This document shows, one piece after another, positions 1 to 7,055 of a stretch of 64,000 nt of DNA. Position 1 is the first letter of the stretch, and every line of letters starts with the position of its first letter. Origin of the DNA: Candidatus Poribacteria bacterium (GTDB lineage: Bacteria > Poribacteria > WGA-4E > WGA-3G); assembly GCA_003635185.1 (NCBI GenBank), contig PYJA01000138.1:43820-107819 (forward strand), read 5' to 3'. The notes beneath the pieces are model-generated. The model ran no database searches. It saw nothing but the letters and a program-made list of their open reading frames with translations, and had not been told where the DNA came from. The translations under genes and the position numbers were made by a program.

Positions 1-153
1 CACATCGGATAGAACGTAACAACGGCTTGATGAGACACTGGTTCGGACGCTTCAAACGCAAGTCCATTATTGTCTCAAAAAGCATTGAGATGGTAGATTT
101 AACGATTGCCTTATTTGCAAAATTCAGAGTCCATGGAAATGTCTTTGACATCT
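1..153 (-). CDS. Partial ORF leaving the window (N-terminal ~51 aa: MSKTFPWTLNFANKAIVKSTISMLFETIMDLRLKRPNQCLIKPLLRSIRC...); unknown function
   Basis: Manual translation of the minus strand from the ATG at 151-153 runs open to position 1. Not in the ORF track because it is truncated. Adjacent to the CRISPR-like repeats. Confidence 0.2.
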
Positions 154-204
154 TAAATATCGGAGAAATGCAACAAAGTATCATTATTTAGTTAATACCC
201 TCAA

Positions 205-307
205 CTTTTAATCGCACCAGTTTGGAATAGAAACAAACACCATTCTTCGCCACCTTCACAAAAATACCAGCGATGAACTTTTAATCGCACCAGTTTGGAA
301 TAGAAAC
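205..307 (-). CRISPR. CRISPR-like mini-array: 2 direct repeats of about 30 nt (minus-strand reading GTTTCTATTCCAAACTGGTGCGATTAAAAG) separated by one spacer of about 43 nt
   Basis: Identical copies at 205-234 and 278-307 (identity extends to 32 nt, 203-234 and 276-307). On the minus strand the repeat starts GTTTC and ends ATTAAAAG, typical CRISPR repeat termini. No further copies up- or downstream. No cas genes in the window. Confidence 0.4.
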
Positions 308-360
308 GATGATGAATGATATTCTTATCGTCAATCAGTGACACTGTACTACCATCGGAA

Positions 361-545
361 ATTTCGGGTGTGTAAAGTTTTTGTCAGAATCGCGGAAAGC
401 ACGGAACACGCGAAATCAACGGGCCAATGCCATTTAGGCATTCCCCCAGAGGACGCGGGAAGTGCTGCTTTTCTGGAACAGCAATATTTTCAAAGCATTG
501 GAATGTAATGGAAAAGTTAATACCAAAACCTTACACACCCGAAAT
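361..545. mobile_element. MITE-like element, family A (about 185 bp; terminal inverted repeats ATTTCGGGTGTGTAAAG / CTTACACACCCGAAAT; internal GAATCGCGGA...ACGCG motifs)
   Basis: Inverted repeats at 361-377 and 530-545. A related copy lies at 47020-47271 and a TIR remnant at 745-765. Confidence 0.5.
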
Positions 546-778
546 TAGACCACACTCTAAAACAAGATTGTGATATAATAACAATCTAATTATAAGGAGA
601 ATCCGATGGCAGAACAGATACTGTAGTACTTGGAAAAGACAACCTCGCCTGTCCGAAGTGGTGCTATACCACAAGTCCTGGATGCTTTGTGAAGGGCAGC
701 ATTATCCGTATTCCAACACAATAGCTGCATAATTTTTAAGTGGCAAAAACTTTACACCCGAATAAAAGAAGTTTCAAA

Positions 779-1810
779 ATGCTTGCTCATGAACAAATCA
801 ACCGTATCTTAATCATCAGACTTGCACCGCTGGGAGAAACGGTTTTAACAACACCTGTTGTCCGTGCTTTACGTCAACATTTCCAAGAGGCACACATCGC
901 CTATATGGTAGCACCGACACGAGAAGATTTAGTATCCGCAAACCCGCATCTAAATGAGGTGTTAACCTATCAATCATCAGTGCCGAAACTAATCTATCAA
1001 ATTGCTCAGCGAAAATTCCAGATGGCAGTCGTGTTACAACCGACTTTTCGGTTAGTGCTTCACACATTTCTTGCCAGAATTCCGTTCCGTATCGGTTTTG
1101 AAACGAATACTGCTGGAAAAAGACTTTTACATATTGCTGTGCCAAATAACACTGCACAGCACGAAGCACAACGTTACCTTGATGTTGTGCGCGCACTTGA
1201 TATTGAAGTTGTAAATGATGAACCGGAAGTGTTTGTAGATGATGTAGGTAAAGCATGGGTCAATGATTTTCTTGGAAACCAAAATCTGAATGATAGTAAA
1301 ACTATCATCGGCATGAATCCGGGAGCTGCAACTACTTACCGACGGTGGCCAGCAGACAACTTTGCCATTCTCGGTGACATGCTCTACAAAGCGTACAGCG
1401 CACATATTATCATAACGTCTGGACCGCGTGAAGGTGAACTTGCACATCAGGTGGCAAAGCAAATGGCGTGTTCACCAGTTGTCGTTAACGATATAACACC
1501 GATGCAACTGGCTGCACTTTTGCAGCGATGTCACCTCTATATCAGTAACGACACAGGACCGATGCATCTGAGCACTGCAGTCAAAACGCCAACGATTGCC
1601 TTATTTGGTGGGTCAAATCCGACTCAGTGGGGACCATGCTGGGACACGCATACTGTAATTGCACGGCAAGGGTGCAAACTTATGAGAACGTTATCACCAA
1701 AGGAATGGGACGAACATGCGGATGTTGCATCCGAAAATCTGAATGCGATTAAACCTGAGAGCGTATTTGCTGCTACGGAGAAGATGAAATGGAAAACCCA
1801 AGAAACGTAA
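779..1810 (+). CDS. Glycosyltransferase family 9 (ADP-heptose:LPS heptosyltransferase-like)
   Basis: GT9 hallmarks: ILIIRLAPLGETVLTTPVVRAL N-terminus, GMNPGAA..RRWP, SGPRE, and C-terminal NDTGPMHLSTAVKTPTIALFGGSNP. ORF-track start 740 lies inside a MITE TIR remnant, so the ATG at 779 (MLAHEQ) is preferred. Confidence 0.8.
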   Translation: MLAHEQINRILIIRLAPLGETVLTTPVVRALRQHFQEAHIAYMVAPTREDLVSANPHLNEVLTYQSSVPKLIYQIAQRKFQMAVVLQPTFRLVLHTFLARIPFRIGFETNTAGKRLLHIAVPNNTAQHEAQRYLDVVRALDIEVVNDEPEVFVDDVGKAWVNDFLGNQNLNDSKTIIGMNPGAATTYRRWPADNFAILGDMLYKAYSAHIIITSGPREGELAHQVAKQMACSPVVVNDITPMQLAALLQRCHLYISNDTGPMHLSTAVKTPTIALFGGSNPTQWGPCWDTHTVIARQGCKLMRTLSPKEWDEHADVASENLNAIKPESVFAATEKMKWKTQET

Positions 1811-3261
1811 TCACAAACTGCCTAAAAATGCTTCGAATCCGATCACGTGTGCAAACCATCTTTCAGACAGTAACACAAACGATCTTTTTTGGGATGTGTT
1901 TTCTTGCAGTGTTGTTTGTTGGGATTCGTTTCGTTCTTTTTCCATTTTCTATGATACCTATCACACTTTTCGTGATTATTGTGGCAGTTGTGTTCGGTTT
2001 TTGTCTAAGTTTTAGGCATCGTTCAACGTTGTCTGATATTGCGGGTCATGTTGATGAACATCTGGAATTCAAGGAACGCGTCAGTACATCGTTGGAATTG
2101 ATACAGGAAAACCGACAAGATGAGATAGCACAACTGCAAGTCCTGGATTCTGCAAAAGGTGTTGCAAACACAGATGTGGCGAAGATAATACCGTATACAC
2201 GCCCGCGATTCCTAAAATGGATTCCAATTCCCCTTTTAATTATCGGTATCTCTTTTACTGTGCCTCGCCAATATGAACTGCTGCAACCTCCAACAGTTGC
2301 CGAGCGCGAAGCGATTGACAAGGCAATTGAAAATCTTTCGGATGGTCTTGGGAATATTCAAAACCCAATAATCCAAGACGAAATCAGAAAAACAATTAAA
2401 CAACTAAAGAATGTTAAAGATGTTACAACTGCCCAAAAGCATTTGCGAACTTTAAGTAGTGGGATTCAACAGCAGAGATCGGATTTTCCAGATGAGTCGG
2501 CGATAGCACAAGCGACACAAGCGACGCAGCATTTCAAGGGCATGGATTCTACCGCTCTCACAAACGAACTTGAACGTCTTGCAGGGCAAGCGGAACTTGC
2601 ACCCGAACTCCAAGATGAACTGGCAAAGCTTTTCGCAAATTTGGCAAAGAACGTTCCGCAAGGGGATCTAAGGCGCGCATTAGATCAAGTTCAGGGCAAG
2701 GCAGTTTCTCCAGACACGTTACAAGAAATTGTTGATGCTCTTCAAAAACTTAATCAACTCAATCAGCTTGAAGCACAACTCACAGAGAGCAGAAAAGATA
2801 TTGCGTTGGCGGGGATTGAAACGCATCCACCTACAGGTGGGATTGCCAATAGTGATGGTGCACCAGGTCGAGAATCTGGAAATCAAGAGACACAAGGCAC
2901 ACAAACAACAGGTGGTCCTTCTGATTTTACACCCTCTGGCAATGGGACGATACCTGCTGTTGACGAAAACACTACCGAAAAACCGCTTACTGGTGATGAA
3001 GCACCTTCCTTAGAAATTGCAGGAAATGAGTTAAAATTAAATTCAGAGACCGCATCAGATACGCAAAGCAGGACAAGGGTATTCACTGGAAAAACGGGGA
3101 ATGCAGGCACTGATGAACCTGACTATCTGCCGTTTAGCGATGTTGTTCTAAATGCTGAGCGCGATTACGCACAAGCAATTGAGAATGATCGAATTCCGGC
3201 GCGATACCGATCACAAATTAAAACGTATTTAGAGGCAATTGCTAAATTCAATGAAAAGTAA
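1789..3261 (+). CDS. Hypothetical membrane protein (2-3 N-terminal TM helices, long Q/E-rich coiled-coil-like C-terminal region)
   Basis: Long ORF with hydrophobic helices (FLAVLFVGIRFVLFPFSMIPITLFVIIVAVVFGF; IPIPLLIIGISFTV) and low-complexity QATQATQ. No recognisable family. Overlaps the GT9 stop by 22 nt, so the start may be the downstream M at 1828. Confidence 0.4.
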   Translation: MENPRNVITNCLKMLRIRSRVQTIFQTVTQTIFFGMCFLAVLFVGIRFVLFPFSMIPITLFVIIVAVVFGFCLSFRHRSTLSDIAGHVDEHLEFKERVSTSLELIQENRQDEIAQLQVLDSAKGVANTDVAKIIPYTRPRFLKWIPIPLLIIGISFTVPRQYELLQPPTVAEREAIDKAIENLSDGLGNIQNPIIQDEIRKTIKQLKNVKDVTTAQKHLRTLSSGIQQQRSDFPDESAIAQATQATQHFKGMDSTALTNELERLAGQAELAPELQDELAKLFANLAKNVPQGDLRRALDQVQGKAVSPDTLQEIVDALQKLNQLNQLEAQLTESRKDIALAGIETHPPTGGIANSDGAPGRESGNQETQGTQTTGGPSDFTPSGNGTIPAVDENTTEKPLTGDEAPSLEIAGNELKLNSETASDTQSRTRVFTGKTGNAGTDEPDYLPFSDVVLNAERDYAQAIENDRIPARYRSQIKTYLEAIAKFNEK

Positions 3262-3931
3262 AAGTAAGGTAATTGGACTTGTCATTGTTATCGGTGTTAT
3301 GGCTGTGATCTATTCTTTGTTAAGGTATTTCGGTGTAACAGAGTATATTGCGCTTCAGAATGTCTACAAGATCAAAGAATGGGTTTCAGGATTCGGCATA
3401 ATCGCGCCATTAATCTACATCGGTTTTTACATTGTCGCGACACTTTTCTTTTTACCGGGATTACCGATTACAGTGCTTTCAGGCGTTGCATTCGGTCCGG
3501 TATGGGGTGTCGTTTATGTTTGGATTGGATCGGTAACTGGGGTATCGCTTGCCTTCTTGGTTGCACGTTATGTGGCACGCGACCTTGTTGAAAACTGGGT
3601 TTCGGGGAACGCCCAATTCCAAAAAATTGATGAGAAGGTGGAACAGGAAGGGTGGCGTATCTTGATGTTCACGCGTTTAGTCCCTATCTTTCCCTTTAAT
3701 TTGCAAAACTACGCCTATGGACTCACCAAAATTAAGTTTTTAACATACATGCTTGTTTCAGCGATTTTTATGTTGCCTGGCACTATAGCGTACGTGCAAA
3801 TTGGGGGTGCGCTTGTCAGCGGTGAAGGGAATCTGTCTAAGACTTTGATTTATCTTTCTATAGCAGGTGTTCTTTTTCTTTTAGTATCTCTCATCCCGAA
3901 ATTTCTGCGGAAACATCAACCTGATTTATAG
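3251..3931 (+). CDS. TVP38/TMEM64 (DedA/SNARE-associated) family membrane protein
   Basis: Motif block LPGLPITVLSGVAFGPVWGVVYVWIGSVTGVSLAFLVARYVARDLVENW is typical of the DedA/TVP38 family. Multi-TM. Confidence 0.7.
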   Translation: MKSKSKVIGLVIVIGVMAVIYSLLRYFGVTEYIALQNVYKIKEWVSGFGIIAPLIYIGFYIVATLFFLPGLPITVLSGVAFGPVWGVVYVWIGSVTGVSLAFLVARYVARDLVENWVSGNAQFQKIDEKVEQEGWRILMFTRLVPIFPFNLQNYAYGLTKIKFLTYMLVSAIFMLPGTIAYVQIGGALVSGEGNLSKTLIYLSIAGVLFLLVSLIPKFLRKHQPDL

Positions 3932-5235
3932 GAGTTGCCTCCCTGACGAATTAACGCTTCTACCATAGCGAGTGCCTCATCACGCGTTCGAATCTCACCG
4001 TAAAACTGCTGTTCCTCAATTTGTTCCAAAAGTATTCCAATTTTTTTACCTTTCTTGATACGGAATTTCTTAATGATGTCTTTGCCTGTAATAAGTCGCT
4101 CTTGTTTGAGGATAGGTAAGAAATGTCCGTAGTAGGTGTCCACAATTTTTCTGAGTACTTCTGGCGGAATCGGTTCTACCGCCGCTGAGCACAGAAGTCT
4201 ACCCCACCAATCAGCCTCCGAATCTCTTAGAAAATCAATTATCTGTTTCTTTGTCAGTTCCTTACCTGAAAGTTGGCGATGTCCCGCGACGAGACATCTC
4301 AAAAACTGCTTTGCTTTCTTACTCAACCGAAGTAGTTCGCCGGTCCTTATAATATTTCCCTGCCGCAGTAAGCAGAGCTTAATCAATGATCGCCGGTTAG
4401 CATACAAACCTAATTCTTCACTAAGGTATGTTCTGATTTCACCTTCATAAGAAGAAAGCGTTTCAGGAATCGGATTGTCCTCAAAGTTTTCTAACGGTTG
4501 CCACAAGGTGTTTGTCTGTATTATATTTCGAAAAAGGGGTGTGAACAAACCAATTTCAAGAATTTGCCGCAAATAGGGTGTCGCTTTTTCAACGTTAAGA
4601 ATTTTCAAAAACTCGTCGCGAATTCGTTCTATTGAGACTTGCGGCAATAGGCGCTTATGTTTTTGAATTAATCCAATGGATTTTTGGGGTATTTCAAAGT
4701 CCAGCTGCGCTGCGAATCGATAAATTCGCATTAGACGCAAAGGATCGTTAAGTATAACTTGTTCACTGGGAAATTGGAGCTGACGTGTCGCCAAATCGTT
4801 TCTACCGTTACAGGGATCAATTACTTCAGGATTATCCGATTCCATAACCGATTCAAGGGGAATTGCCATTGCGTTAATTGTCAGGTCGCGTAAAAGCAGA
4901 TCATCTGTAAGGGTTGCGGCTCTAAATTGTGCAAAATCTATGTCCAATACAGTCGGAGCAAGCCGCCTTGTTTTAATTACAACACGGGCAGTAGGCGGCT
5001 GTTTTTCGAGCAAGACGAAGGGGGAACGGATGCTGCGAGCGAACAATTTAGCGAATTGAATAGCGTCCGATTCTAACGTGAAATCCCAATCTGTTGTTGG
5101 ACGGTTTAGCAACAGATCCCTTACACTACCGCCAACGAGATAGAGTTGAACCTCATGTGTTTTGGCAAAAGCATGAAGCACTTGCATGAGAGAATTTTTA
5201 CGTAATTTTTGGATGTTGCGTGTTGTATTGTTCAT
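3916..5235 (-). CDS. tRNA nucleotidyltransferase (CCA-adding) / poly(A) polymerase family protein
   Basis: PolyA_pol head-domain motifs: LYLVGGSVRDLLL, DWDFT, RDLTINAMA. 439 aa. Confidence 0.75.
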   Translation of the reverse strand: MNNTTRNIQKLRKNSLMQVLHAFAKTHEVQLYLVGGSVRDLLLNRPTTDWDFTLESDAIQFAKLFARSIRSPFVLLEKQPPTARVVIKTRRLAPTVLDIDFAQFRAATLTDDLLLRDLTINAMAIPLESVMESDNPEVIDPCNGRNDLATRQLQFPSEQVILNDPLRLMRIYRFAAQLDFEIPQKSIGLIQKHKRLLPQVSIERIRDEFLKILNVEKATPYLRQILEIGLFTPLFRNIIQTNTLWQPLENFEDNPIPETLSSYEGEIRTYLSEELGLYANRRSLIKLCLLRQGNIIRTGELLRLSKKAKQFLRCLVAGHRQLSGKELTKKQIIDFLRDSEADWWGRLLCSAAVEPIPPEVLRKIVDTYYGHFLPILKQERLITGKDIIKKFRIKKGKKIGILLEQIEEQQFYGEIRTRDEALAMVEALIRQGGNSYKSG

Positions 5236-5846
5236 TGATTTGTGCGTGCTTTGCGCTGTTGTGCTTTGCGTGAACGGAATAAGATACCATCAAGATGCAG
5301 ATGTGACGCATATCCAATCAAACCAGCTAGATAGAATGTAAGACCGCCCCGCAGGGTATCGGGAAGTCCTTCCCATTTTACCAATGAATCAAAGAGATCG
5401 GGTAGTTTTTTCCACCCGGTTGCCCAGTTCGGGTACTCCACATAAATTGGAATTACCAAAAACAGACTCGGTAGTAGAATCATTGTAAACTTTGAGTGAG
5501 TCCATCCCCGATGTCTACTCAGAATCGGTAGCATCGCAAATAATCCTAAAAGTGCTGCTTCTAAATACCTTTGCAGAAGGAGGATAAGTGACGCATTTAG
5601 GACAAATAAGACGGTATAAAAAAATTGTTGGCTCCTGCTCTTAATATCTACATCAGGCCACAATCCGAACAGCAAAGCGATGACAAAACACCCAAGGATG
5701 CCGAGAGGGTCCAGTGAAATAGTTGGATTCCAGTCGAATGGTAAACCGTAAATGATTGAAACGGAGATTGTTGTTATAAGTGAAACCACAAAGAAGGCAC
5801 TATAAGCCGTCAACCCGCCGAGCCAATGTTCGCGAAACATACTCAT
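5232..5846 (-). CDS. Membrane-bound metal-dependent hydrolase, YdjM/DUF457-like
   Basis: Multi-TM protein with the HRGWTHS motif and a C-terminal HLHLDG, characteristic of the DUF457/YdjM family. Confidence 0.5.
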   Translation of the reverse strand: MSMFREHWLGGLTAYSAFFVVSLITTISVSIIYGLPFDWNPTISLDPLGILGCFVIALLFGLWPDVDIKSRSQQFFYTVLFVLNASLILLLQRYLEAALLGLFAMLPILSRHRGWTHSKFTMILLPSLFLVIPIYVEYPNWATGWKKLPDLFDSLVKWEGLPDTLRGGLTFYLAGLIGYASHLHLDGILFRSRKAQQRKARTNQ

Positions 5847-5985
5847 AGTAAATAGTATAACATGTGATATTGAAAAGTAAAAAGTCTTTTATTACAACGC
5901 AAGTTGCCACATAGTAGCACAATCTTCATAAAGTTTGCATTTTTTGTTGCTTGAATCGCGGAGAACGCGGATTTTGACTTTTGTA

Positions 5986-6084
5986 CCACGGGGAATGCCA
6001 TTGGGCGAATGCGCCAAATCAACGGTATGAATGCCTTTAGGCATTCCCCGTATGGCATTCGCCATGATTCATACCGTTGATTTT
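5986..6084. repeat. Palindromic repeat, family C (GGGGAATGCC...GGCATTCCCC / GGTATGAATGCC...ATTCATACCGTTGAT)
   Basis: Self-complementary 99-bp unit. Related copies sit inside composite elements at 14690-14760 and 20355-20440, and a fragment at 425-450. Confidence 0.5.
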
Positions 6085-6099
6085 ACTTTTAGTTTGCGT

Positions 6100-6132
6100 T
6101 TTGTGGCACAAACTGGAAAGTTTGTGCCACAG
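6100..6132. repeat. REP-like hairpin, family G (TTGTGGCACAAACTGGAAAGTTTGTGCCACAGG)
   Basis: Perfect palindrome. Family members at 14556-14616, 35539-35600, 37611-37668 and 46899-46936 share the CACAAACTG..CAGTTTG core and a GATGCTCAA end. Confidence 0.5.
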
Positions 6133-6215
6133 GTTTTATTGTCAGAATCGCGGATGACACGGAGAACGCGGAAAACGTAGCAGGCACACGCCGTGTGCCG
6201 TCCGCCCGTGTGTCG

Positions 6216-6378
6216 TCTGAATCGCGGAGGGACACGGAAAACGCGGAAAACGCGGATAGTGTTTTGGTCTGATAAGTGCCTTTTCAAAAAATTGCGGCAC
6301 ACTTTGCATAGGCGTTTGGGAATCCCCTACACTCCTTCCGTGTCCTCCGCGTTTTCCGTGCCCCTCCGCGATTCAGAC
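6216..6378. mobile_element. MITE-like element, family B (about 163 bp; ~30-bp TIRs TCTGAATCGCGGAGGGACACGGAAAACGCGG / CCGCGTTTTCCGTGCCCCTCCGCGATTCAGA)
   Basis: Long terminal inverted repeats. Partial solo ends of the same motif at 5953-5982 and 6141-6176. Confidence 0.5.
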
Positions 6379-6542
6379 AAAAGAAAAACAGGCAGAACCC
6401 TTATGAAACTCGACATGTTGGCTCCGAATCCCTGATATTGTCGGGTTTCGCTGCGCTCTACCTTTATGTGTCAATTTAAGGATTAATTCTCTTGTGGGAG
6501 GGCTTTGTAAGCCCGATTATTCCCCAAAGGTAGGCGCGTTTT

Positions 6543-6650
6543 GATGAAGTTTAAAAAATAAATCGGTAATGTGGCGAGGTTAGGAAACCTCGCCAGCAGC
6601 GGTGTCCGCGTGTCTCGTATGAACCGAAAATGACCGAATGAATAAATTAA
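6543..6650. repeat. Partial copy of composite MITE, family D (GATGAAGTTTAAA..AATAAAT TIR + GGCGAGGTTAGGAAACCTCGCC palindrome)
   Basis: Shares the TIR and internal palindrome with the full copies at 14626-14789 and 20283-20469. Confidence 0.4.
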
Positions 6651-6817
6651 ACAGGACTTACGCATTTTCTCTTAAAGTCCCCCTTGATAAGGGGGATTTA
6701 GGGGGCGGGCCCCCATAGCGATAGCGTGTGGGGAGATAAAAAGACGAAAAACACTAAAATACTGGACAATTTACCCCCCCTGCCCCCCTTATCAAGGGGG
6801 AATGCGTAAGTCCTGTT
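6651..6817. mobile_element. MITE-like element, family E (ACAGGACTTACGCATT..CCCCCTTGATAAGGGGG...CCCCCTTATCAAGGGGGAATGCGTAAGTCCTGT)
   Basis: About 167 bp with ~35-bp TIRs. Copies at 39111-39230, 49141-49269 and 50051-50366 (with nested insert), and a 54-bp mini version at 45295-45348. Confidence 0.55.
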
Positions 6818-6974
6818 AAACGTGAGTTTGATAATAAAATGTGAGTTCGCTCTAAACACTTTTCATGGGTCCAAAAGCAGTCCTTTTGTCCCATAACCTG
6901 TTAGGTTGTGCCGTTTTTTGCGAAAAATAACAGAGAACGCTGCGGGTGAAAACTTTTTCAAGCTCACGTTAACG
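6818..6974. repeat. 157-bp repeat, family H, copy 1 (AACGTGAGTTTGATAAT...CAAGCTCACGTTAACG)
   Basis: Near-identical inverted copy at 21821-21977. TIR-only fragment at 35511-35535. Confidence 0.6.
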
Positions 6975-7055
6975 ATCTTAACTCAACCCACTCATCAACG
7001 ATGGTTGCAAAGCTAATAAACATCAGCATTCCAACTATCATAAGGTCATTTGATA

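Noticed and set aside
203-307. Possibility that the 32-nt direct repeats are just another MITE subrepeat rather than CRISPR
   Set aside because: Not fully rejected. Kept as a CRISPR-like call at 0.4 because the unit has canonical CRISPR termini (GTTTC…ATTAAAAG) and a unique spacer of appropriate length, and does not recur in the other repeat families of this window.
740-778. Upstream extension of the GT9 ORF (MAKTLHPNKRSFK…)
   Set aside because: The extension is encoded by a family-A MITE terminal-repeat remnant (TGGCAAAAACTTTACACCCGAA). The conserved GT9 N-terminus begins at MLAHEQ (779).
6069-6665. ORF-track ORFs 6069-6302, 6193-6435 and 6483-6665 (and 14623-14817)
   Set aside because: They lie wholly within MITE/palindromic repeats (GAATCGCGGAG…, GGCGAGGTTAGGAAACC…). 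Translation is Arg/Cys-rich and mirrored on both strands.
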